A stretch of 64,000 bases of DNA. Origin: a virus. The notes beneath the pieces are model-generated. The model was not told the origin of the DNA. It did no database searches and saw only the letters and a program-made list of their open reading frames with translations. Every line of letters begins with the position of its first letter. Within the stretch, counting starts at the first letter, position 1. Location: the IMG/VR virus record IMGVR_UViG_3300031951_000076, positions 24,671 through 88,670 of that record, one strand, 5' to 3'. Shown here piece after piece: positions 31,510 through 39,773 of the stretch. Both the position numbers and the translations under genes were made by a program.

Positions 31510-32432
31510 ATAAGCGCTGATGTTTTAGAAGTGTTAATAATTTCTTCAGCATACTTATATGAACAAAAATCTTTATTAAGATTTTGAATTTCTATATCAT
31601 ATGGTAATACTAATTGATACTTGCCTTTAAAAAATAAATCAGTTCTGTCAGAAGTTACACCTGCATTATGAAATATAGGATGTTTATCCCATTCACTAAC
31701 TGGAGATGTAGCCCAAGAAAAAGAAAGTTTATTAGTTACTAATACTTGCTTATCCCAAAACCAAAGATTCCAAAGAACTGCCCACATATCAGCACACCAA
31801 ATTTGTAGTTCATGATATGAAGGATCTAATGCTTTATCTTTATCAATTTCATGTGTAATTAATCTAAAAAGATTTTCAGCATCATAATATACTTTTTTCC
31901 AAAACTCTGCAGGAATTCCTTTTAAAATATATTGTGCTCCACCACTATTTTTTTCTTGCTCAATAATGTATTGTTTATTAACATTAACTATATCAGCCAT
32001 AAAATCAAGATACTTTTCACCTTTAGATCTAACATAGTTTGCACCAATATAACTTACAGTATCGCTTACATAACAATTATCATCTTCAAGAAGTCCTTTA
32101 AAATCTAATGGTTTTGCAAAAATAATATCGCAGTCATGATAGAAAATAGTTTCATGTTCTAATTCAGGATGCTGCAACCAATGCTTGTACAAAACATGGG
32201 GACGTATACTGGATATATAACAAGGTTTTTGCCTGTTATCTGGATAAAAATAAAATCTCGTATCAGTGTATTTTGCTGCAAGTTTTTGCCATTTTTCAGA
32301 AACATGTCCATGGTGCCCACATACAATTTGAATATCTTTTGGATCTACACCATTTCTAACAAAGTTATTAATCATAACTTCTACTTGCCATGTATAATAA
32401 TCTATGGCAGGTTGTACGCATAAAAATTTCAT
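31506..32432 (-). CDS. Putative peptide O-glycosyltransferase (HPAT/SGT1, GT95/GT96-like GT-A fold)
   Basis: YYTWQVEVM, YISSIRPHVLYKHW, YHDCDIIF (DxD), GGAQY, WCADMWAV, IFHNAG parallel in order the conserved blocks of plant HPAT/SGT1 as I recall them. Confidence 0.6.
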   Translation of the reverse strand: MKFLCVQPAIDYYTWQVEVMINNFVRNGVDPKDIQIVCGHHGHVSEKWQKLAAKYTDTRFYFYPDNRQKPCYISSIRPHVLYKHWLQHPELEHETIFYHDCDIIFAKPLDFKGLLEDDNCYVSDTVSYIGANYVRSKGEKYLDFMADIVNVNKQYIIEQEKNSGGAQYILKGIPAEFWKKVYYDAENLFRLITHEIDKDKALDPSYHELQIWCADMWAVLWNLWFWDKQVLVTNKLSFSWATSPVSEWDKHPIFHNAGVTSDRTDLFFKGKYQLVLPYDIEIQNLNKDFCSYKYAEEIINTSKTSALI

Positions 32433-32449
32433 AAATGTTGGTTTTTTTA

Positions 32450-32457
32450 CAAATATA
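32450..32457 (-). promoter_or_regulatory. Candidate Bacteroidota sigma-A -7 element (TATATTTG) upstream of the GT cluster
   Basis: Matches TAnnTTTG 18 nt upstream of the 32432 start; short motif in AT-rich DNA. Confidence 0.4.
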
Positions 32458-32466
32458 TTAAATAAA

Positions 32467-34935
32467 TTAACAATATCCTATTGCTTGTACAAATGATGTT
32501 CCTCCAAAAATACCACCTTGAAAACATACAGTATTACCAGGCGCAAGTGAAAAGTTATTTGACCAGTTAACACAATAATCTGACCAACCACTTACACTTA
32601 CAAAAAAAGTAGATGTATTTAAATATTCAACAGATGGTGCAACTACATATGTAGGAGAAGTGCTAGTAGAACCATCTGTAAAAAATACTCTTAATCTGAT
32701 TTCAAAAAATGTTGCAACTGGAGGAGTAGCATAAAGACTAAGTATATTACATATATTTAAAAAACCAGATTGTACATTAGTTGCAGCAGGACTGCTTTGT
32801 GTCCAACTTAACCAATTTTGTTGTCTATGATCTAGAAATACAGCGCTAACACATTTACAATTATCACCTAAAAGACCCCATAGAATTGTTTGATTACAAC
32901 CACTTCCCCCAAAAGGTGCTGATGTAACAGTTGCTATTGTAGCGCCTGGATAACAAGTTCCACCTGGATTTCCTGAAATAAAAGGTGTGCAAGTATTTGT
33001 ACCTGAAACACATGCGGGTGCAATTGTTGTAGTGCTGGTAGAAGTAGTTGTTGGTGGACCTGTCACCACAAAACTATTAGATGCAGGACAAATTCCACTT
33101 ACACTCACAATTCTTAACTGAACAAGAGATCCTATTGGTATTTGAAAAGGTAACACAGTTGATGAAGATAAACAACCTGTACCTCCTACCACATTATTCC
33201 AAGGAGTCCAAGATGTACCTGTACCACTTGTATCAGCTCTAAATTGAACTTGAGAACATGTGTTACAACCTACTGTTGGAATTGTGTAATTTATTTGAAC
33301 AGTTTGACTACCCGTGCCACCACCTGATATTGAACGAGCATCAGTAATTGTTGGAGAACAGCATATTGGAGGAGCTAACGTAGTAGTTGTACTAGTTGAT
33401 GTTGTGCTAGTAGTCGAAGTGGTAGTCGAAGTGGTTGTAGTAGATGTAGAAGTTGTTGTTGTAGTTGGATTACATACCCCTCGATTTAATGCTTTAAAAC
33501 CATAAGGATCAGGAAGATTGCTATTAGGTACATTTACCCATAAATTAGATACACAACTTAAAATACAACTAGCTGGGTAAGGACCAGCTAAGGGACTATA
33601 AGCTACAATAGCTGATGGTGCAAATGGAGGTGTTAAAGATGTGTTAGTTGCATAAGCAACAACCCACGCACCTCCTGGCAGATAAGTAGAACTATTATCC
33701 CAATATATGTATAGTACTTCAGGATCTGGTGGATCAACAATAAATTTATACCACACCTTACCATTTACGAGTGTTGTCTCAGGGAATAAACTTTGTTCAA
33801 TATTACCAAAGTTTTCTGAAAATGCATAAAAACAAATATTTTCTGGACATTTTCCTAACGCACTACTGCATACTGCAGGTGTTAATGCATTATTACAATC
33901 AGGAGTCCATTGATTAGTTGAACTACTTATAGGTAAAGCGTTACCACCATTATCAAGTGTTTGAAAAATTGAACCTGCTCCTAAACCATCTATATCCCAA
34001 ACCCATTTATTAATAGAAGGTAGCCAATAAACAGCTAAACTAGTTGCATAACCATACCACACTTTACCATTATATAAAACTGGTGATGTACCGATTGGTA
34101 AATCTTCATAACCTAGACCACCTTGTTCTGCTGCAACTATAAAACACATTGTTGGATCAATAGTAGTTGTAGTTGTTGTGGAACTAGTTGTTGTGGAGCT
34201 TGTTGTAGTGCTTGTGCTACTTGTTGTTGATGTTGATGTAGTAGTACTTGTTGTTGAAGTACTAGTAGATGTAGTAGTACTAGTTGTTGAAGTAGTAGTT
34301 GTAGTGGGGCAATTTTCTAAAAGTGAAGAATCTATAAACCCTACACTTGTTCCACCAACTACTTGTGGTGTCCATAATGGAGGATTTATACCATTAGTAA
34401 CTGGATATTGTGCTGTTGATGGAAGTGTTTGAATTATTCCACCAAATGATGAATCTTCATGAACCCACTGTGTACCATCATAATACACTCTTCTTAATGG
34501 AGAATTGTCAAAAACATATTGAGGTTTACCATTTATTTGAGAAGCATTACCGCCTGATGATAATTGTATATTATAAAAACAAGCATTACCTACACATTCT
34601 ATATATAAATTAAAACATATATTAGGAAATACAGTAGTTGTGGTCGTAGTAGAAGATGTTGTAGTTGTTGAAGAAGTTGTACTACTTGTGGTGGTGCTAG
34701 TTGATGTACTGGTAGTAGTAGTTGGTAAAATAATTGGTATATTACAACTACTAGTATTTGACGTAGCTATTAAAGCTATTACACCTGGTGATACATCAAC
34801 TAGCATGCCTGCTAACAAATCTGCTGTATTTACAACAGATGGGTTAACAGTACCGCCAGCAGGTATTGTAGATAAAGTCATCGTTGGACCAAATCCAGAA
34901 CCAAGAGGACCATTTATTTGTACAAATACAAACAT
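32467..34935 (-). CDS. Mucin-like Thr/Ser-rich modular virion surface/fibre protein (822 aa)
   Basis: Shared ~70 aa N-terminal domain, four poly-T/S tracts, three NGK(x)WY-type repeats, FN3-like C-terminal domains. Confidence 0.75.
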   Translation of the reverse strand: MFVFVQINGPLGSGFGPTMTLSTIPAGGTVNPSVVNTADLLAGMLVDVSPGVIALIATSNTSSCNIPIILPTTTTSTSTSTTTSSTTSSTTTTSSTTTTTTVFPNICFNLYIECVGNACFYNIQLSSGGNASQINGKPQYVFDNSPLRRVYYDGTQWVHEDSSFGGIIQTLPSTAQYPVTNGINPPLWTPQVVGGTSVGFIDSSLLENCPTTTTTSTTSTTTSTSTSTTSTTTSTSTTSSTSTTTSSTTTSSTTTTTTIDPTMCFIVAAEQGGLGYEDLPIGTSPVLYNGKVWYGYATSLAVYWLPSINKWVWDIDGLGAGSIFQTLDNGGNALPISSSTNQWTPDCNNALTPAVCSSALGKCPENICFYAFSENFGNIEQSLFPETTLVNGKVWYKFIVDPPDPEVLYIYWDNSSTYLPGGAWVVAYATNTSLTPPFAPSAIVAYSPLAGPYPASCILSCVSNLWVNVPNSNLPDPYGFKALNRGVCNPTTTTTSTSTTTTSTTTSTTSTTSTSTTTTLAPPICCSPTITDARSISGGGTGSQTVQINYTIPTVGCNTCSQVQFRADTSGTGTSWTPWNNVVGGTGCLSSSTVLPFQIPIGSLVQLRIVSVSGICPASNSFVVTGPPTTTSTSTTTIAPACVSGTNTCTPFISGNPGGTCYPGATIATVTSAPFGGSGCNQTILWGLLGDNCKCVSAVFLDHRQQNWLSWTQSSPAATNVQSGFLNICNILSLYATPPVATFFEIRLRVFFTDGSTSTSPTYVVAPSVEYLNTSTFFVSVSGWSDYCVNWSNNFSLAPGNTVCFQGGIFGGTSFVQAIGYC

Positions 34936-34947
34936 ACTTTATATAAA

Positions 34948-35580
34948 TTAAGAAATCTTCTTAACAAAAATTCTAGTTGGTGTATTATTAGCATCTGAAG
35001 GGAATGGTGACTGTGCACTTGGGTTCATACAAACACTATAATAACCAGCAGCTGTTACTTCAAGTATAAGTGTAGCATTAATTATCTGATCAGCAGCTGC
35101 AGCTTCAACTGATTTATAATCATTCAAAAGAGTAATTGAACTCATTGCTCCACCTGATGTAGTAGAAGAAGATACTCTTACAAGGATATCAACATTACTA
35201 GTAAAATCAAAAAAGTGAATTTGAGTAGTTATCTCATAAATACCAGGTTGCTTAAAATGAATACGAGCTCCTTGGTTAGCATTAGTTCCAGCTACAGATC
35301 CAGAATTAACAAGCTCAAACACATCTGTATTTGTGTTAAATAGTACACTGTTCCATGGAATGTAGTTATCTATTCCATTTGTCATATTACCATATTGAGC
35401 ACTTGTAGGATAAGCTCCTCCTGATCCAGGGTTAACCCAGCTAAATCCAGCTGAAGGAGTTGTGAAGTTCTCTTTTTTCACCCTGTAGGTGGTTGCTCCT
35501 GTACTGTCATTCATTACAATTTCAGCACCCTGCGTGTTCCCAGTAAATAAAGGAAGAGCAGAAATTTTTACGTTAGGCAT
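34948..35580 (-). CDS. Short tail fibre/spike with KISxLP N-terminus and C1q/BclA-like C-terminal head
   Basis: MPNVKISALP N-terminus; RIHFKQPGIYEITTQIHF beta-sandwich pattern. Confidence 0.6.
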   Translation of the reverse strand: MPNVKISALPLFTGNTQGAEIVMNDSTGATTYRVKKENFTTPSAGFSWVNPGSGGAYPTSAQYGNMTNGIDNYIPWNSVLFNTNTDVFELVNSGSVAGTNANQGARIHFKQPGIYEITTQIHFFDFTSNVDILVRVSSSTTSGGAMSSITLLNDYKSVEAAAADQIINATLILEVTAAGYYSVCMNPSAQSPFPSDANNTPTRIFVKKIS

Positions 35581-35619
35581 AGTTTTTAAAATTTAAAAGT
35601 TAAAATATTTAGGGTTATA

Positions 35620-35627
35620 CAAATATA
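35620..35627 (-). promoter_or_regulatory. Candidate Bacteroidota -7 promoter element (TATATTTG)
   Basis: TAnnTTTG match in the intergenic gap upstream of 35580. Confidence 0.35.
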
Positions 35628-35634
35628 ATATAAT

Positions 35635-38600
35635 CTATTGTTCTGTTATTAACAAATCATTGTTTTCAGCTTGAAGCTCATCATTTAATTCAGTTGATAT
35701 AAAGTTACTAGGATCTGCAGTGGTAGTAGTTGTAGTACTAGTAGAAGTTGTACTTGTTGTAGTTGGAGTCGTACAAGTACCATCAATATATTCAATTTCA
35801 ACAGCATCTGTACTTGAAATTGTTAAAGATGATGTTGTATAATTTCCAGTACCTATAACATCTATACACTCAACTATAACACTGTTAATTTTAATATTAA
35901 GTTTTGATGTAGGTGCAGCTGTTCCTATATTAATAGTCAAAGCACCAACATAACCACCATGAACACCTTCTGCAGTTTGACCATTTGTAACAGGTAAACT
36001 ACCTACTGTTATAATATACCAAGAAGGTGTAATATTATCTAAACTAGATCCTGCAGATGTATTATTAGTTACAAACAAACTTCCAGAAGGTAATGTTGTT
36101 GTGGTTGTAGTACTAGTTGTTGTGGTCGTACTAGTTGAGGTAGTCGTTGTTGTAGTAGGTTCCTCTGTAGTAGTTGTTGTTGTACTAGTTGTAGACGTTG
36201 TTGATGTCGTAGTAGTAGTAGGCTCTTCTGTAGTCGTAGTTGTAGTACTTGTTGTGGTCGGTTCTTCAGTTGTCGTAGTAGTTGTTGAAGTAGTTGTAGT
36301 TGTGCTTGTGGTAGTTGTAGGACATATTGATTGCTCTATAACTAAATCTTCATCATTCTCAGCAGTTATGGAATCATCTCCTTCACTTGCTAACAAACAT
36401 AAAGTAGCAGGATCTATTGTAGTAGTTGTAGTTGTACTGGTTGTAGAAGTAGTGGTAGTGGTTGGCTCCTCTGTAGTAGTAGTGGTCGTACTAGTTGAAG
36501 TAGTCGTAGTTGTAGGTTCCTCTGTGGTTGTAGTAGTTGTAGAAGTTGTACTAGTAGTAGGTTCTTCCGTAGTCGTAGTTGTAGTACTGCTACTAGTAGT
36601 AGTTGTGGTAGGTTCTTCTGTTGTAGTTGTTGTAGTAGAAGATGTTGTTGTACTGCTAGTAGTAGTAGTTGTTGGTGCACAAGACTGACAATCGTTAGGG
36701 AAACCTGATAGCAAACATCCAACTTCACATGGGGTAGTTGTTATATCCCCAGTTATATTAATTGGTGTTCCAGCAAGAACACAAGCTGTTATAGTGATGT
36801 TTGTTCCTATTATACCAATAGTATCTGGAGTTCCGTTACATTGTATATAATCTATATTTCCTCCTACTGTAGGGCCTGAAGTAAAGCTATAGCAGAAGCA
36901 ACAAGACTCAGCTACAATATTATCATCATTCTCAGCTGTTATAGGATCATCACTTTCAGTAGATATGAAACACAATGTAGCTGGATCTAACGTGGTAGTA
37001 GTCGTAGTGCTTGACGTTGTGGTAGTACTAGTTGAAGTTGTAGTAGTGGTGGGTTCTTCAGTTGTTGTAGTTGTAGTTGTCGGCTCCTCAGTAGTAGTAG
37101 TAGTGGTTGTAGGTTCCTCAGTAGTAGTAGTAGTGGTAGTACTTGTACTTGTTGTAGTAGTCGAAGTAGTAGTTGTACAAGTTGTTACAAAACTTTTTGC
37201 TCTTACATTTCCTAAAGAATCTGTAAATGCTATCCAATAAGTTCCTACAGCAACACCTCCTTGTGAATATACTACAGATGTACCAACTGTCCAACTAGTA
37301 TTAGATAATGCTGCAGCTTCACTTGTAAACCAAAAATTACCAAAAGCATAACCTGTGCCTGAACCTCCTGTTGGGTTATTTGCTGTAACCTCAATTGATT
37401 GAGTTGCAGCATTTACGCATACTACAGATACTATATCAAAGTCTAATGGACAAGGTGATTGTTCTATAGCTAAATTATCATCATTTTCCCCTGTTATAGG
37501 ATCATTCCCTTCTGTAGCTATCAAACAAAATGTAGCAGGATCTAATGTTGTACTAGTTGTTGTCGTTGTTGTGCTAGTGGTACTAGTTGTAGTAGTAGAC
37601 GTTGTAGGTTCTTCAGTTGTTGTGGTCGTTGTAGTACTTGATGTTGTTGTTGTCGTAGGTTCTTCTGTGGTTGTCGTAGTTGTACTAGTACTTGTTGTAG
37701 TAGACGTTGTAGTGGTGCTTGTGCTACTTGTAGTTGTAGTTGTACTAGTAGTAGTTGTCCCAGGACTATCACATAATAAACCAAATGCAAAGTTAGTTCT
37801 GTATTCACTATATGTAGCCTGAATCTGAATTTGTGTATGTGTTCCGGGAAACTGTACAATACCATAACCTTCATTACCAGATATAGTGTAACTATTAGAT
37901 CCAAATACTACACCGCTGTCTCCCACTGTAAGGTCTGTTGGTGTAACAGCACAAGGTCCAGCAGCATTAAATCCACATCCAGGAAGTTCAATAAATGGTA
38001 CATTAGGTTTAAACAACTGCTGTGTTACAGGGCTACCCAAAGACCATATACCAAGAATAGGATCAGCAATTGGTGATGAGAAATTAAAGGTGATTGTCAC
38101 TATTCCAGCAATATTACCTTTAATATAGTATGAATTACCACTTGGTGCAACATTACCATAACTTGTACAAGTAATACCATTAGTACATTGTACAGGTTCA
38201 ACACCTGTGGGATTAAGAGGATCAAATCCATCACCAGGACCTGCAGGACCATTGGTAGACATTGTGATACCAATTATACCTTGTTTAGCAGTATTTATAG
38301 ATCCTTCAGTATAATTATCACCAACATTCTGCCATACAATTTGACAAAGTGTAGTAGTAGTTGTTGTTACAGGACATTCTTCAGTTCTAAGTTGATCATC
38401 ATTTTCTGCTGTAATTGGTTCATCAGCTTCAGTAGCAAGTAAACAAATATTGTTTGGATCTTCAGTAGTAGTAGTTGTAGTAGAAGATGTAGTAGAAGAT
38501 GTTGTAGAAGATGTTGTAGGGATTGTACCTGTACCACCACCATTGCTACAAGGATCTTCTGTAGTTGTAGTTGTAGTGGATGTTGTTGTAGTAGTAGACG

Positions 38601-39435
38601 TAGTTGTTGTAGGACAAGCACTTGCATCACCACTTCCTGGAACAGTACAAGGTGGTTCATATATACATAAATCAAATGTACCAATTTGACCACTCGATGG
38701 TCCACCATACCCCCAAAATCTTACATAAATTGTATCGCCAGATGTTAATCCTGTTAAATGTATAAACGGCATTGATGAACCTGATACATCGTCAACACAA
38801 TAAGTTTGTGTAAGAGATTGACAATCTGAACCTTCGTAAATTGCTAAAGCACCATCTGTAATTTGATTTGCTCTTGTACTTACAAGCACATTACCGCTGG
38901 CAGGAACTATAAATCTTAACCATAAATCATGACCTAAATAATTTCCACAAGTTGGAATTGGTAAAGATGCACCTATACTAGGAGTTGTATATGTTGTATA
39001 AACACAATTACACTGAACTGGAACTAATGTTGAAACACAAGCATTTGTTCCTGGTTGAGCTGTTGTAGTAGTTGTAGTTGAAGTAGTACTTGTTGTTGAT
39101 GATGTAGTACTAGTACTTGTTGATGTAGATGTAGTTGTCGTTGAAGTAGATGTGCTAGTAGTTGATGTGGTAGTGGTTGTTGTGGATGTAGTTGTAGTGG
39201 TACATCTTAGATTTAGTTTATCTAATATAATATCTACAACTTCTTGAACATTCATTCCTTTTTTTACACCAGCGCAATCGTAGTCACTTCCATTATAAAC
39301 AATACACTCTGACTCAACAATAATATCACATTTTTGAGCATCAGGACATATAGTTGTTGGGCATGGATATGTTTTACCGTCTTGTGGACAGCAACAAGGT
39401 AAATTATTATATGAGCAACTACAACTGCAAGACAT
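35635..39435 (-). CDS. Mucin-like scaffold protein (1266 aa) with five acidic repeats and host-like beta-sandwich domains
   Basis: Cys-rich N-terminus (CIVYNGSDYDC), about nine poly-Thr tracts with EEP punctuation, five copies of (L/I)x(T/S)ExxDx(I/L)xxENxxx(L/I)xxE. Confidence 0.8.
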   Translation of the reverse strand: MSCSCSCSYNNLPCCCPQDGKTYPCPTTICPDAQKCDIIVESECIVYNGSDYDCAGVKKGMNVQEVVDIILDKLNLRCTTTTTSTTTTTTSTTSTSTSTTTTSTSTSTSTTSSTTSTTSTTTTTTAQPGTNACVSTLVPVQCNCVYTTYTTPSIGASLPIPTCGNYLGHDLWLRFIVPASGNVLVSTRANQITDGALAIYEGSDCQSLTQTYCVDDVSGSSMPFIHLTGLTSGDTIYVRFWGYGGPSSGQIGTFDLCIYEPPCTVPGSGDASACPTTTTSTTTTTSTTTTTTEDPCSNGGGTGTIPTTSSTTSSTTSSTTTTTTEDPNNICLLATEADEPITAENDDQLRTEECPVTTTTTTLCQIVWQNVGDNYTEGSINTAKQGIIGITMSTNGPAGPGDGFDPLNPTGVEPVQCTNGITCTSYGNVAPSGNSYYIKGNIAGIVTITFNFSSPIADPILGIWSLGSPVTQQLFKPNVPFIELPGCGFNAAGPCAVTPTDLTVGDSGVVFGSNSYTISGNEGYGIVQFPGTHTQIQIQATYSEYRTNFAFGLLCDSPGTTTTSTTTTTSSTSTTTTSTTTSTSTTTTTTEEPTTTTTSSTTTTTTTEEPTTSTTTTSTTSTTTTTTSTTLDPATFCLIATEGNDPITGENDDNLAIEQSPCPLDFDIVSVVCVNAATQSIEVTANNPTGGSGTGYAFGNFWFTSEAAALSNTSWTVGTSVVYSQGGVAVGTYWIAFTDSLGNVRAKSFVTTCTTTTSTTTTSTSTTTTTTTEEPTTTTTTTEEPTTTTTTTEEPTTTTTSTSTTTTSSTTTTTTLDPATLCFISTESDDPITAENDDNIVAESCCFCYSFTSGPTVGGNIDYIQCNGTPDTIGIIGTNITITACVLAGTPINITGDITTTPCEVGCLLSGFPNDCQSCAPTTTTTSSTTTSSTTTTTTEEPTTTTTSSSTTTTTTEEPTTSTTSTTTTTTEEPTTTTTSTSTTTTTTEEPTTTTTSTTSTTTTTTIDPATLCLLASEGDDSITAENDEDLVIEQSICPTTTTSTTTTTSTTTTTTEEPTTTSTTTTTTEEPTTTTTSTTSTTSTTTTTTEEPTTTTTTSTSTTTTTSTTTTTTLPSGSLFVTNNTSAGSSLDNITPSWYIITVGSLPVTNGQTAEGVHGGYVGALTINIGTAAPTSKLNIKINSVIVECIDVIGTGNYTTSSLTISSTDAVEIEYIDGTCTTPTTTSTTSTSTTTTTTADPSNFISTELNDELQAENNDLLITEQ

Positions 39436-39442
39436 TATTAAA

Positions 39443-39760
39443 TTATTTAAAAGTTACTGTAGCTGTAAAACTACAATTTAGTGGTGGTAATGTTGTTTTA
39501 CAATGCGGCAAGTTTTTAATTACATTTTCTAATATTATACAAAGTGAATCACCATCTTTTAAACCATAACATTCTATATTAGGTCCGTGATATTGAATAC
39601 ACTCACAATCATAAAATTCTTCACACGGTTCACAATTAGGATTAATAGTTGTAGTGGTAGTCGTAGTTGTTGTACACTTAGGTACACAACTAGGACATAC
39701 AGTTTCATGACAACCGCATGAAGCACTACATCCACAACTACAATTACAATGACAACTCAT
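39443..39760 (-). CDS. Small Cys-rich protein with poly-Thr tract
   Basis: Metallothionein-like Cys-rich N-terminus, Thr run, CIQYHGPNIEC motif. Confidence 0.7.
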   Translation of the reverse strand: MSCHCNCSCGCSASCGCHETVCPSCVPKCTTTTTTTTTINPNCEPCEEFYDCECIQYHGPNIECYGLKDGDSLCIILENVIKNLPHCKTTLPPLNCSFTATVTFK

Positions 39761-39773
39761 AATTTTTTATTTT

